Part shown: positions 53,264-64,000 of the stretch, piece after piece | Numbering within the stretch: position 1 is the first letter of the stretch | How the letters are laid out: each line of letters opens with the position of its first letter | Assembly: GCF_006345805.1 (NCBI RefSeq) | Contig: NC_042999.1 | Coordinates: 75,888,001-75,952,000 of the forward strand | Origin: Octopus sinensis | Lineage: Eukaryota | Length of the DNA: 64,000 bases | Reading direction: 5' to 3' | Translations under genes and position numbers: made by a program | Notes under the pieces: model-generated | The model's input: only the letters and a program-made list of their open reading frames with translations | Databases searched by the model: none | Told to the model about the DNA's origin: nothing

Positions 53264-53544
53264 CTTGATGTATTTGCACCCTTGTCATTTGAGGATAGCA
53301 CTTTTTATACCTTTTGACACTTTAGTTTCGCTTTCCGTTGTTTACTGTCTACATTTTCTATATGCTGCATTCACAGCTTCCTCGCGTTTTTTCTGTTTAT
53401 TCAATTTTTAGTTCGTTATGCTATGTGGTTTGCACCTAAAATAATATATTTGAGTTCTTTCAGCATATGAAACTATTAGTATCCATTTAATGCATGTATT
53501 GTGACTTTTAAATAATGATTATATATATTTATGTATGATGTATA

Positions 53545-53760
53545 TATTTGTGTTTGTGTCTGTTTGTCCCCCACTACCATTGCTTGACAACCGATGTTGG
53601 TGTATGTATGAGCCCCATCAGCAAGCGGTTCGGCAAAAGAGAACCGAAAGAATAAGCACTAAGCTTACAAAGAATAAGTCCTGGGGTTGATTTGTTCGAC
53701 TAAAAACCTCTTAACATGGTGCTCCAGCATGGCCGCAGTCAAATGACTGAAACAAAGAAA
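53545..53760 (+). mobile_element. SINE family A 3' half
   Basis: GCTTGACAACCGATG...CTCCAGCATGGCCGCAGTCAAATGACTGAAAC. Confidence 0.8.
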
Positions 53761-54004
53761 GGAATATATAAAATTGATTTATGCTATGCCAAAGGTGCGC
53801 GTCTTCTTTTCTATTAAGTTTAGACCCTCAGTTATGCGTACTCCCACATATTTGCTCGATTCTTATCACTGGATTTGTTAATATATCGCTATTACCACCA
53901 AATTGGTGGTAACAGCGATATATTATCTTACGATTGTACCATTTATACCATTTAAGCTAACATCGCTAAGGCTCGGCTTCGATATCCCAACCTGTATACG
54001 TACG

Positions 54005-54073
<69 letters not shown>

Positions 54074-54414
54074 ATGTACATACATACATACATCTATGTC
54101 TTGATGATGGGGATCGAAAGAATTACCTGCTCATCGAATTAGCTTGTACGTTGCTGAGAATTCCAGAGTATTTACGTGGGCCTTAACGTAATTCTCGGAT
54201 TGAATCAGAGTCAATGTTGTACAGTAGAATTACGGGTATAAGTCATCCAACCGCAACTATATAGTTTCTGTCAATTCGATTTCAGTCAGAAGGTATGAGC
54301 TGGCCTGAGGCTATAAAACGTAAAATTTCCCTAAAGGCGTTACGCAGTGTAAGCAAACTTAGGACCTCACATTTGCGATGTGAATTTCTTAACTTTTCGG
54401 TTATACTTCTACAC

Positions 54415-54451
<37 letters not shown>

Positions 54452-54481
54452 CACACGAGCGCGCGCACATCAAGCATTAGA

Positions 54482-54533
<52 letters not shown>

Positions 54534-54911
54534 GACAGGGAATGAGCATTGCTGATACTCATGAGTATTGCTAATACTACACCACAGCATGGCAAAACTA
54601 ATTTAATTACAAGACTGCTTTGTGACTGTAAGAATCTATTAGGCTTCGACTTGGTGACCCATATTGTGCTGATTTTATGTTGTTTGAAATTTGTAGGATA
54701 ATTAAAAAGTCACAGAATTATAGTAGTTTACAAAAACAAAAATAATATAACACATGAATTAAGTCTCAGTTCAAATATTTTAATGCAAAAATGAATGAGA
54801 GTGTTTGACATTGATGCTTTTAAAGGGGAAGTAAATATAATTGGCTTTATAAATTTTGATATCATGTTTTTCATCCAGTTTTTCTGCTGTTGATGCGTAG
54901 ATTATGCGTAG

Positions 54912-55374
54912 GTCAAATCTGAGCCAACAGATTAAAAGCGTTTCAACCGTGACTATCGTAACTTTTTAGATATCAAGAACTACGTTATCCAATATTAGCT
55001 TCCTATTTTGTTAAGACGGTAAAGATACACATAACGGTTTCTTTGTTGGCTTGTTTTTAGGCAGTAGTTTTCGATCTGATATCTCAAATTGAGAAAACCG
55101 AAGTTTTATATAAGATGAAACATGTCAGGGAAAATATAAATCAATAAAGGAAAGGAAAAAAAAAAAAAATACAGAAAAAATAGATTTTCACTTAGTCAAA
55201 ATTCGTGGGCGAAACGAAATTCAAATAAAATATTCCCAAATCTGAATTAGAATCGATAAAATAATTTCAGTGTTCCTTCAATTTGATTCAAAAACAGAAT
55301 TTGGAGTTCAGAGTCTTTCCTTTTATATTTTGATACATTAAAATATCTAGGTTTGATCAATTTCAGATTTTACA

Positions 55375-55409
<35 letters not shown>

Positions 55410-55424
55410 TATACTGTATGTAGA

Positions 55425-55471
<47 letters not shown>

Positions 55472-55503
55472 CACAAACACACTCGCACACATAAGTATGC
55501 ATG

Positions 55504-55568
<65 letters not shown>

Positions 55569-55640
55569 TGTATGTAGATATATATTATATATCTATGAAT
55601 ACGTATATATATATGTAATGCATGTATATATATCTATAAA

Positions 55641-55716
<76 letters not shown>

Positions 55717-55981
55717 ACTTTCAGTGAATATTCAATTGCTTTTTACTTTTTTTCTTCATCGATTTATGTTTTCCCCAGTCATGTTTTATGTTCAGTTTCC
55801 TCAATTTGAGATATCTGATCGACAACTGCTTAAAAAAAACAACAACAAAGAAATTTCCATGTGTATCTTTACCGTCTTAACAAAATGGGAAGCTAATATT
55901 TGCTAATGTAGACCTTATTATCTGCAAACGTAGAATAGTCACGGTTGAAAAGCGGTTATATCTGCTGGATCAGATTTGACT
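54912..55981. repeat. ~120-bp inverted repeat pair (54912-55033 and 55857-55981) around an AT-rich spacer
   Basis: AATATTAGCTTCC.ATTTTGTTAAGACGGTAAAGATACACAT and TTTCAACCGTGACTAT occur in both orientations. Confidence 0.8.
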
Positions 55982-56099
55982 ATTTCTAATGAGCAGCAGA
56001 AAAACTGTAAAATTTATAGTAATTATAAGTACTTAGCCTAGCACTTCTACCTTCCTCTGTTTGGCTGAAATCGCGCTTAAGCTAAACTGATTTTCATTC

Positions 56100-57170
56100 G
56101 CGGGAGAGTTCTACCAACAGGTTGCATGGTTGGCAATGAAGACCCAACTTCGTGAAACCGCTCATCGACTATGTTGAAGCCAAAATATTCTCACACTTCA
56201 CTGGTCCCACTCCTGAGCTTTAAGGTCGGTATATTGACAATTGAATCTGTGCCATCTCACTCACCTGCAAACAATGAAACTCCTTCCTCTCTTTCGTCCA
56301 AGACCTTACACCTACCCTTCTCTGCTTTGCTTGTGAAATCTCCATTAACCAATTACATCTGTCATCTACACGCCTACAGAATCTCATTCCTATTGAATCT
56401 TCACATTCTTACACCTCACCCGCACCAACTATCCATCACTTACTCTCAGTTCCTTCGTATCCGACATCGAGACACAGAAACTACCTACCAAGGATATCCA
56501 CCATCACAATCCAAGCTGCGTTCGTCCATACGCAGCCAGTGGACTGTCCATGAACCCATGAACCCTGTGTCTATCCCCTTTTAGCAGCGTCTTCTTCCCC
56601 ATCTATCCTCCTACTATATTACCCCTCCAACGCATTATATTGTGTGCATTTCGCATACTTCCGTGCCACTTCCTAAGTTTTCCGAACTCACGCCTTCCAC
56701 CCTTCAAACGCATCCGGAACCGACGCAAGTTACTGTTGTGTAGCGCTTTTTCCACTCCTGGCACTCAACCTGGCTATTCCTTTACTCATGCACACGCTGC
56801 AGCACCTGCCTCTTCCGTTCTAACTCTATATTCCTCAATGGTAACCACCACCAATCCATCTATGTCACCGACCCCTTCACATGTACCACCTGCAATGTCA
56901 TTTACAGCATCCCTGTACTTTTTTCCTCTCCATTTAAATTGGACAAACTGGTCTACGTAGGTGACAGTTTTGCAAAAACTAGCAGAATATAAAACTTGGG
57001 AATAATACTTCGATTTCTTACCATTTCAATTCAGCTGATCATTCCTTTCACTGCTTGGCTATGTTCAACCTAACGTTGCCCTAAGATTCTCATGACTCTC
57101 ATCCCTGTCAGCAGTAGGAATTATTTTTGTTCTTTTCAAACTTCCGCTCTAAACGGTCTCAATTCTTAAC
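56100..57170 (+). pseudogene. Penelope-like element relic (RT thumb plus GIY-YIG), different lineage from the 51.9-kb element
   Basis: SITYSQFLRIR, CTRCSTC...PFTCTTCNVIYSI, VYVGD, HFNSADHS, NGLNS*. Confidence 0.8.
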
Positions 57171-57649
57171 CTCCTTTCGGTTAAACATCCATTTTTCTAC
57201 TTCACACATACTTATACACATATTCCATTTAGACCGTCCCCATTCTCCCCGGTTAAATTTCCCACTACAGCTACAAAACACATATTAACAAAAAACACAA
57301 CATTATATACACCAACTTATTTAAACAGTGTACTCATACACATTGCTGGTCAATATGCACTTACAGACACACAACTGTTATCTCCTTCGTATACTCTACC
57401 ACACACATTTCAATTACATTTTCACATGCTACATCAGATAAGACATCAGAAAAGGAGGACATTCATAAAAGATGAAATGAAGAAAGGAAATGGAGGAAAT
57501 GAGATAAGAAGTACACACTGAACACAAAATACCTGAACACATAAATGGCGTATTATTCCTGAGACAGACGAATCTTCCACTGGAACCAATCTAGGAACCG
57601 CGTTGCTCCAAGATCACCAAAATCAACAAGGGCGCTAACCATCGCTCAT

Positions 57650-58990
57650 ATGTTGTCCTTTAATCTACAAATACATACTTAGAATGCGTCCATTCTCATG
57701 ATAATCTATGCCACAGTCAGCCACCTTTCTGAAAATTGATTGGTTAAAGCACTTTCTGTTCCAGCCTGATTTTCCTGTCGAAATGGAATTTGTAAAATGA
57801 GGGCTTGACTGGAGAAGAAATTGCCTATCATCAATCGTTTCTGCGTTTGATAACGCACAATCTCTTTCGTCATAACCCCTAGACAGAGAAACACTGCCCA
57901 CCTACAATGTGAAACATGGGTGAAACATATGGCTGATCCTTATGATGGACTCAATCGATAACCGGTTTCGTCCTACATTCGACAGCGGATGTTCAATGTT
58001 ACTCCACAAGTCAGTAATGCTTAGGCTTTGCATGAGTGCAATGTGGGTTTGTCAATTTGTGTGGATCTCATTCCCGTCTGATGGCACTTCCATGCTTGTA
58101 GAGTTTATCCCGAATAAGTAGTGCCCTTCGGCAGCTCTGCTAGGCCAAGGATTTCTGGTAATATCTATAACCATATGATTTAGTTCTTGTCGATTGCCTT
58201 GTTTCTCGAGAGCGTCATCGCTCTTACTCTGTAATAGCTCTCTATTCGGTGGGCGTAAAAATTCCACCCCATTGGCCGTTATCACGTTAGTGGTGAGCAC
58301 GTGATGACATTCAAGGTTCCAGACACCCAATCATATTGTTTTTCTTGCCCCAAGACAACAGCTCCATGAAAGCGATGAGCTGTAGAAAACATTTTACAAA
58401 CGGAGATCACACCTGGTTATAATCCTGGAAAATCATCATGTTATGCAGCATATCTGCGCATCAGCAGCCACGGTATGCCCGGCCCATCTTTCAGAGGACA
58501 TTGATAGAAGGTGAACAACCTGAAAAATGGAACACGCTCTTTCATGGGATTTCCTTTCCACTGGTCGAGTCGAAAGCCCACTGACTAGGCTGTATTATGT
58601 TTGCTCCTGTCATTGCTTCATCATACTTTAAAATGGAATCAACTATTTGAACCTCACTGTTGTCGAACACTATTACTTTGTCGTCATCCGAATATGCATA
58701 CACAGCTCTCCCACATCTACTCCAAAGTGATGACCCCCACCCTCAAAAGGAGTTGCTAACGCAGCGATGGCTGGAGAGCCAGTGCACATAGAAAAGACGA
58801 GAGAGGAAACTCCGACGGACCCGACTTCTCGTGCATGCTCAACACTGATAACAGACAACAAGCATTTATTGTACCGGTGACAGTTTTCCAAACAATTATT
58901 CAATGCGATGTGAATATTTCCAACCTGGATAGGATGCTGGTCCATTGCAAGTAACATTCTTTAATAAAACAGATGGCCGGTCGACAAAGG
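57650..58990 (-). pseudogene. Highly decayed Tx1-like reverse transcriptase relic
   Basis: ALALQPSLR (cf. LALEPLLR), VYAYSDD..VIV (YADD), YDEAMTGA and KSVG.RL-like stretch across frames. Confidence 0.5.
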
Positions 58991-60099
58991 TGTTGATCAA
59001 TGAGCCGACGATTCAGTGAGACTTAACCTTATTATTAACATGAAGTTGTGTTGTTGGCCAAGACACTGAGTACTCTAAAGTCAAGTCTTCCAGTGTATGT
59101 AGGTACCACAAATTACTATTCGTAGTATTCATATAGAGTGGGAGACTTTAATGCTATAAGCAGCAATAGTATTTGATTTTCTCCTAGTTGCTGATTCAAG
59201 TCCCCGTATATGATTGGAAATTATTTTGACTGAGATGACACAAAATGTTGTCTGTCAATGATGTAAACACAGAACATTGAGAAATGTAGTTATGTATTTT
59301 AAATACATCTAGTTTGGCGATTTTGCGTTTCTGTTACTCTTACTCCGTCATATGCTTTATAACGTTAAAGTCTTTTGACTCGGCGCAGTATCAATTATTT
59401 CTAGCATTGGGATATGTTGTTAATTGAATCTACCTCAGTATATGATTGGCATTTTATTGGGGGGGTGTTGGAAATGGCAAAGAGACCATGATGTGATTTA
59501 AACAATATTAGAAAGATCTAAACCGAATACTTTAATGTCTTTTCGTTGTAACACTACGATTTCAATTAAACCATCCCCTCACATGTATTGATTCCATAGT
59601 TTTGAAAACGTAACCTTTTCCATCCTCTAGAGAACTGCAGTGAGAATATTTCGTAGTTTTAGTATTTATCTAATTCACAAATACCATTTTTTTAGGTACC
59701 GCAACTGTAATATAATTTGATATACGTGATAAAAGAAAAAAAAATTTTTTTTCAAACTCAGTCGAAATGAAAAATATATATTTGTTTTTGTAATAAAATC
59801 GTGCAAAATAGAAACTGAAAAACAGCGAAAATTAAAAATGTAGAAAAAACACCAGAATCATTTATAATATTCTATTCATATATTATTTCTTTTTAACTTG
59901 TGTTATAAGCAATGGGCTACACAACTGAAATGCTATTTTCCACATTAATGGAAATATTTTATTTAGGCATACTGCAATGCTTGTTCGATAAAAGTAGTCT
60001 GTTGTAGGGACACCAGTAAGACGGTAGTATTCATTTTTATTTTTCAGAATAGGAGAGTATACCTATAAATTAAATTATTTCTTTGGATATTTTTATCTT

Positions 60100-60290
60100 T
60101 TACTTGTTGCAATCATTAGACTGTGGTGATGCTGGGGCACCGCCAACCCAGTCCTTTTTTTCTTTCTTAATCTCATGCTTATTCCATCGGTCTTGTTTTC
60201 CGAACAGCTAAGTTACGGGGACGCAAACAAATCAATATGTCAAGAGGTGGTGGGGAACAAACACAAACACACAAATACGTATATGACATA
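60100..60290 (-). mobile_element. SINE family A 3' part
   Basis: GACTGTGGTGATGCTGGGGCACCGCC and CCGAACAGCTAAGTTACGGGGACG. Confidence 0.7.
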
Positions 60291-60345
60291 AGCGACAAGA
60301 TTCTTCCGCTTACAAGGCTTTAGACGGCCAGAGCCTATATATAAA

Positions 60346-60807
60346 GAGACAGATCTTGTGTCGTATAGCCAGCTGGAGACGATGTCTCCTGGGGCTAAAC
60401 AACAATAGCTTTTCACCCCAAAATTGGACTTCCACATTGCGTTGGTAAGGAATCATTGCTTTAAAGTGCTGCTACTGAGTGTCACTCGTTGAGAGATTTA
60501 GTAACAACAATGTTTATATTCTATGAGATGAGTGAGTGTGAGTTACTTAGAGAATTATATGTATTTTCGAACAGGAGTTTAGCAGCGCCAACTCAGCCGA
60601 CGAGTTATACTGTACCGACTAAAGGAAATAACCCTGAAATTGTATGGTCCACAGATAACTGCTTTGTGCTGGGTGGGGATGCTAAGCTCCTCTGTTCGAA
60701 AATATAAGGACACAGATCGTGTGTTGTATAGCCAGCTGGGGGCGATTTCTCATGCAGCTAAACAACGGTAGCATTCGCCCCAAAATTGGACTGCCACATT
60801 AGGTTGG
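60346..60807 (+). repeat. Two ~100-bp direct repeats (60346-60445 and 60709-60807)
   Basis: GTATAGCCAGCTGG...GCTAAACAAC...CCCCAAAATTGGACT.CCACATT occurs twice. Confidence 0.8.
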
Positions 60808-61034
60808 CAAAAGATCGTAATATACAAATGTACACATATACATACAATGAAAAATACCCTGTTGATGTTGAAATTCCAATGAAAGAACCTTGGATCTTGG
60901 TTAGAAACCGGCTGTTTCTCTGTTCGGAAGAAATCTGGAAATAAAACTGAATAATGACATACATACATACATACATACATACATACATACATACATACAT
61001 ACATACATACATACATACATACATACATACGTAC

Positions 61035-61416
61035 ATTATGGCTGCCCCTCGTTATCGAGTATGGCCATTGCACGAAGCTTAACTGTTACTGGTGTTGCGA
61101 TCGAATGGGACTTTTTAGCCCAGCTAAAGATCTACAATGCCTTGTACAAAATTGGCAACTAAAACCTTTACTGGTAATAGCCGGCTGTAGTTGTAAGTGG
61201 GATTCATGTACCTTTGCATGTCGTTTAAGTCCTCCTACCGAATTACACTCTCTTCCACATGCCCGACAGATATGATTAGTATGGTGTGTTACACTACCAC
61301 CAGTGGACAGGTTGTCACTCATCTGTCTCGTTTTATGACTACGAAGATGACTCTTGAGTCCAGCTTTACTGAGGCAGGGTCTTGCACAGACATTGCATGT
61401 CAGCATCAAAGGAAGA
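61035..61416 (-). mobile_element. RTE-like LINE 3' end encoding three C2H2 fingers, between (CATA)n tracts
   Basis: CNVCARPCLSKAGLKSHLRSH, CRACGRECNSVGGLKRHAKVH, CQFCTRHCRSLAGLKS..RSQH*, then a short 3' UTR GGCCATACTCG..ACGAGGGGCAGCC. Confidence 0.7.
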
Positions 61417-62039
61417 CATACACACATACATACATACATACATACATACATACATACATACATACATACATACATACATACATACATACATACATAAATA
61501 CATGCAGATGAGTTGTATAGGATGTGTATTTAGACAATCCTGCGACTATACCAGAAAGCTCCTCTTACGGACTCGGTTATTATTCCACGTAGTGATCAAT
61601 TACAAAGAAGTGTAATGTAGTGTGTCCATGTAACTGAAATTCCAGGAAGTCCATTCAATGAGATTATTTCATGAGATGCATATACATAGCGCAAAAACAC
61701 TATTCTAATGAGAGTGTTTTGTAGTGATATCATTGTAATATATAATTATATATTATAGTATTTTCAATGAAACACTGATCAAGGTAAAAGTAAATTATGC
61801 TGCAGTAAAATTTTGCTTGTTATTTGAAGTGTTTAAATTTAACTCATTTGCATTTGAAATAACATCTTCATTCATAATAAATTGAAACATAAAGTACTGC
61901 AGACTACCGAACTCATTTAGTGAGCTTCTTGCATGTTTATCAGTTACCCATTAATTTTAGATATTTATTGATTAATGTGTGAAGTAGCAGCTAAATCACA
62001 TCTTGTCACCTTAAGGAGTCATAGAATAATCTAATACTA

Positions 62040-62920
62040 AGGCATGGTGGAAATCTGTGGACACTCTGGATAAGCCAACATATGGCTGTCCACATATGAA
62101 TACTGGTCGTTCCGGTAAACATAAAGCAATCTTCTGAAATGTTTGCCATTGTGATTTATTAATTGTGAATGCCAATGTCAATTTAAAAGGAAATTGTTAT
62201 TTAATTAGTATAATTGGTAACTCTTCACCAACTGACGAAACAGTGAGTCTTAGAATAAAAACCGCTATTCTGTGATGTGGGCATCCAGTACCGATTTTGC
62301 CTTAACGATTTTGCTCGAATGTGTTGAATAACTAAGCGTATACTGTTACACATGTCATTGTCTTGGTCAATTGTACGGAGAATGGTTATAGCATTAGTCT
62401 TTAATTTTAATACGTACGATGGCAAATCTGAAATAGTTAATCTGTTTAAGTACTGTATAGAGGGTCATCTGAATGTGAACATTGATCTTGACTAAACAGA
62501 ACCGTTTCATCTCCTGCAACTAGTTTTAGTATTTCTTCATTGATGAGATCAACAGCAACATTTTTTTAATGCTGGAATAGCCACTTTTGAAAATTTGTCT
62601 GGTTTTGGCATTTCTCAGTGACGTTTGTATTAAAAACAAATGGAACAATGTCATTGATCGCGAACAATTTCACATCTCTGGGGTATAAAAAGTTTTACTA
62701 TTCCTCTAACACAGGTCCATTTTCTATTCGGAGAATGAATTTATTGAACTGAATTTGTTGAACGGAATTTGTTTTATTTTCTTCTTCTGAATTCTATGCA
62801 TAAGATTTAACCGCATATTTTCTGTCAGTTGAATAGCTTTTACATGTTTCCATAAAGAATACTTATCGAAAATACTGCCCATAATCTATGAAAAGAATCT
62901 TTTTGAAATCTAAGATAAAT
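62040..62920 (-). pseudogene. Helitron PIF1-type helicase C-terminal relic
   Basis: SLWKHVKAIQLTENMR, KNVAVDLINEEIL, PSYVLKLK...MCNSIRL, QFPFKLTLAFTINKSQWQT, VF.CGQPYVGLSRV. Confidence 0.88.
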
Positions 62921-63072
62921 ATTTTAGTAAGGTACTCATTCGAATGAAATACATCTATTCGTTGCAAGTTTATAATAATACTTTATTTCCATTTTCACTT
63001 ATATTTTGCATTAAGAAATGTACAGTGAAAGAACGACATAGTGAAAATTCATAAGACGAAAACATGCTTTCA

Positions 63073-63109
<37 letters not shown>

Positions 63110-63429
63110 CAATATTGATGGTAAGGATTACTACGAAGTTGCATTACATAACCTTTAATACTTTAACTTATATACCGCCTTCCATGGACCAACACATGTT
63201 TCAATTGTAAAAGTTGCAATTGCAACCATACTATAAAATCAGTGCAGTTTTTTCAGGGGCTTTACTTGATATCCTTCGATCTGGTCGTTTAAAGATTTTC
63301 TTTCCTCTACTCTGCATTGTATAATGTAGAGCTGTCCATTACGTTAGACGCGAACAATCTACATTTGGAGTTTTTATTGGATAATCATTTTTAGTCCATT
63401 ATTTCAAAACCTTCTATTGTTTCAATGAT

Positions 63430-63790
63430 AATTATTCATTTATACTTGGCAAGTGTAAATTTTCTCATGTGAAAGCATCTCGATGCTTGTTCTTGTCTTG
63501 AATTTATTATATTATATTACCCTTGGATGTGAATATCCGGTAAAATTCTTCTAAACCTAAGTCACATCTATTGGTTCCAGGTCTGTATGGTTTTTATAAT
63601 ACAAATTAATTCCCATTCAATTGCCTAGTCTCTGTTACTGTCCTTAAAAGAACAGATTAATTTGCTAATACTCTAATGGAACATTTTATTTTTGTCTTTA
63701 AATGAACTCAAATCATTTGCCAGTCTCTTCCTGAAAATGAATGATGTTCCAGCGATGTAAAAGAATTCCTTACCCTCAAATGTAACTTCA

Positions 63791-63834
<44 letters not shown>

Positions 63835-64000
63835 ACACACACACACACCACACACACACACATTACATTTTTAGTCTTACACTTATTTTCCACATAACAG
63901 GATTCCCGATTAGAACAATTGCAAAGGTAATCTATATTTCTCTCAAATTTAGTTTTAATTTGATCAATCATTGTAGAATTATATTCATTTTCACCAAATT
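63430..64000 (-). pseudogene. Penelope-like element GIY-YIG relic split by a (CA)n tract, running off the window end
   Basis: CNCSNRESCYVENKCKTKNV-[repeat]-EVTFEGKEFFYIAGTSFIFRKRLANDLSSF...IEWELI. Confidence 0.75.

Noticed and set aside
53430-53485. Hammerhead downstream of the 51.9-kb Penelope ORF
   Set aside because: GAAAC is present but there is no CUGANGA core or stem II.
61086-61487. Host C2H2 zinc-finger gene
   Set aside because: The listed start lies in a microsatellite, the linkers are not Kruppel-type, and the 3' end looks like a LINE terminus.

Overview
Eukaryotic, AT-rich, microsatellite-saturated non-genic DNA. It is very probably from an octopus (cephalopod), inferred from the SINE families and the simple-repeat profile. 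I found no convincing host protein-coding exon and no genuine tRNA or rRNA gene. Most listed ORFs are translations of microsatellites or fragments of decayed transposons. The window is a transposon graveyard: about 25 copies of four tRNA-type SINE families; three R4/Dong-like, two Tx1-like and one RTE-like LINE relics; five Penelope-like element (PLE) relics; a full-length but frameshifted mariner; further Tc1/mariner relics; a Helitron helicase relic; piggyBac and hAT MITEs; and several foldback elements. The most notable observations are: (1) an inverted pair of minimal type I hammerhead-ribozyme motifs at 37.7 and 38.3 kb; (2) a Tx1-like LINE 3' end sitting inside a (GATA)n tract, suggesting microsatellite targeting; (3) repeated inverted-repeat or palindrome structures centred on microsatellites, suggesting template switching; (4) a 25-nt exact copy of nearby sequence inserted in a palindromic MITE. 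All family assignments come from motif recognition by eye, not from database searches, and many boundaries are approximate.
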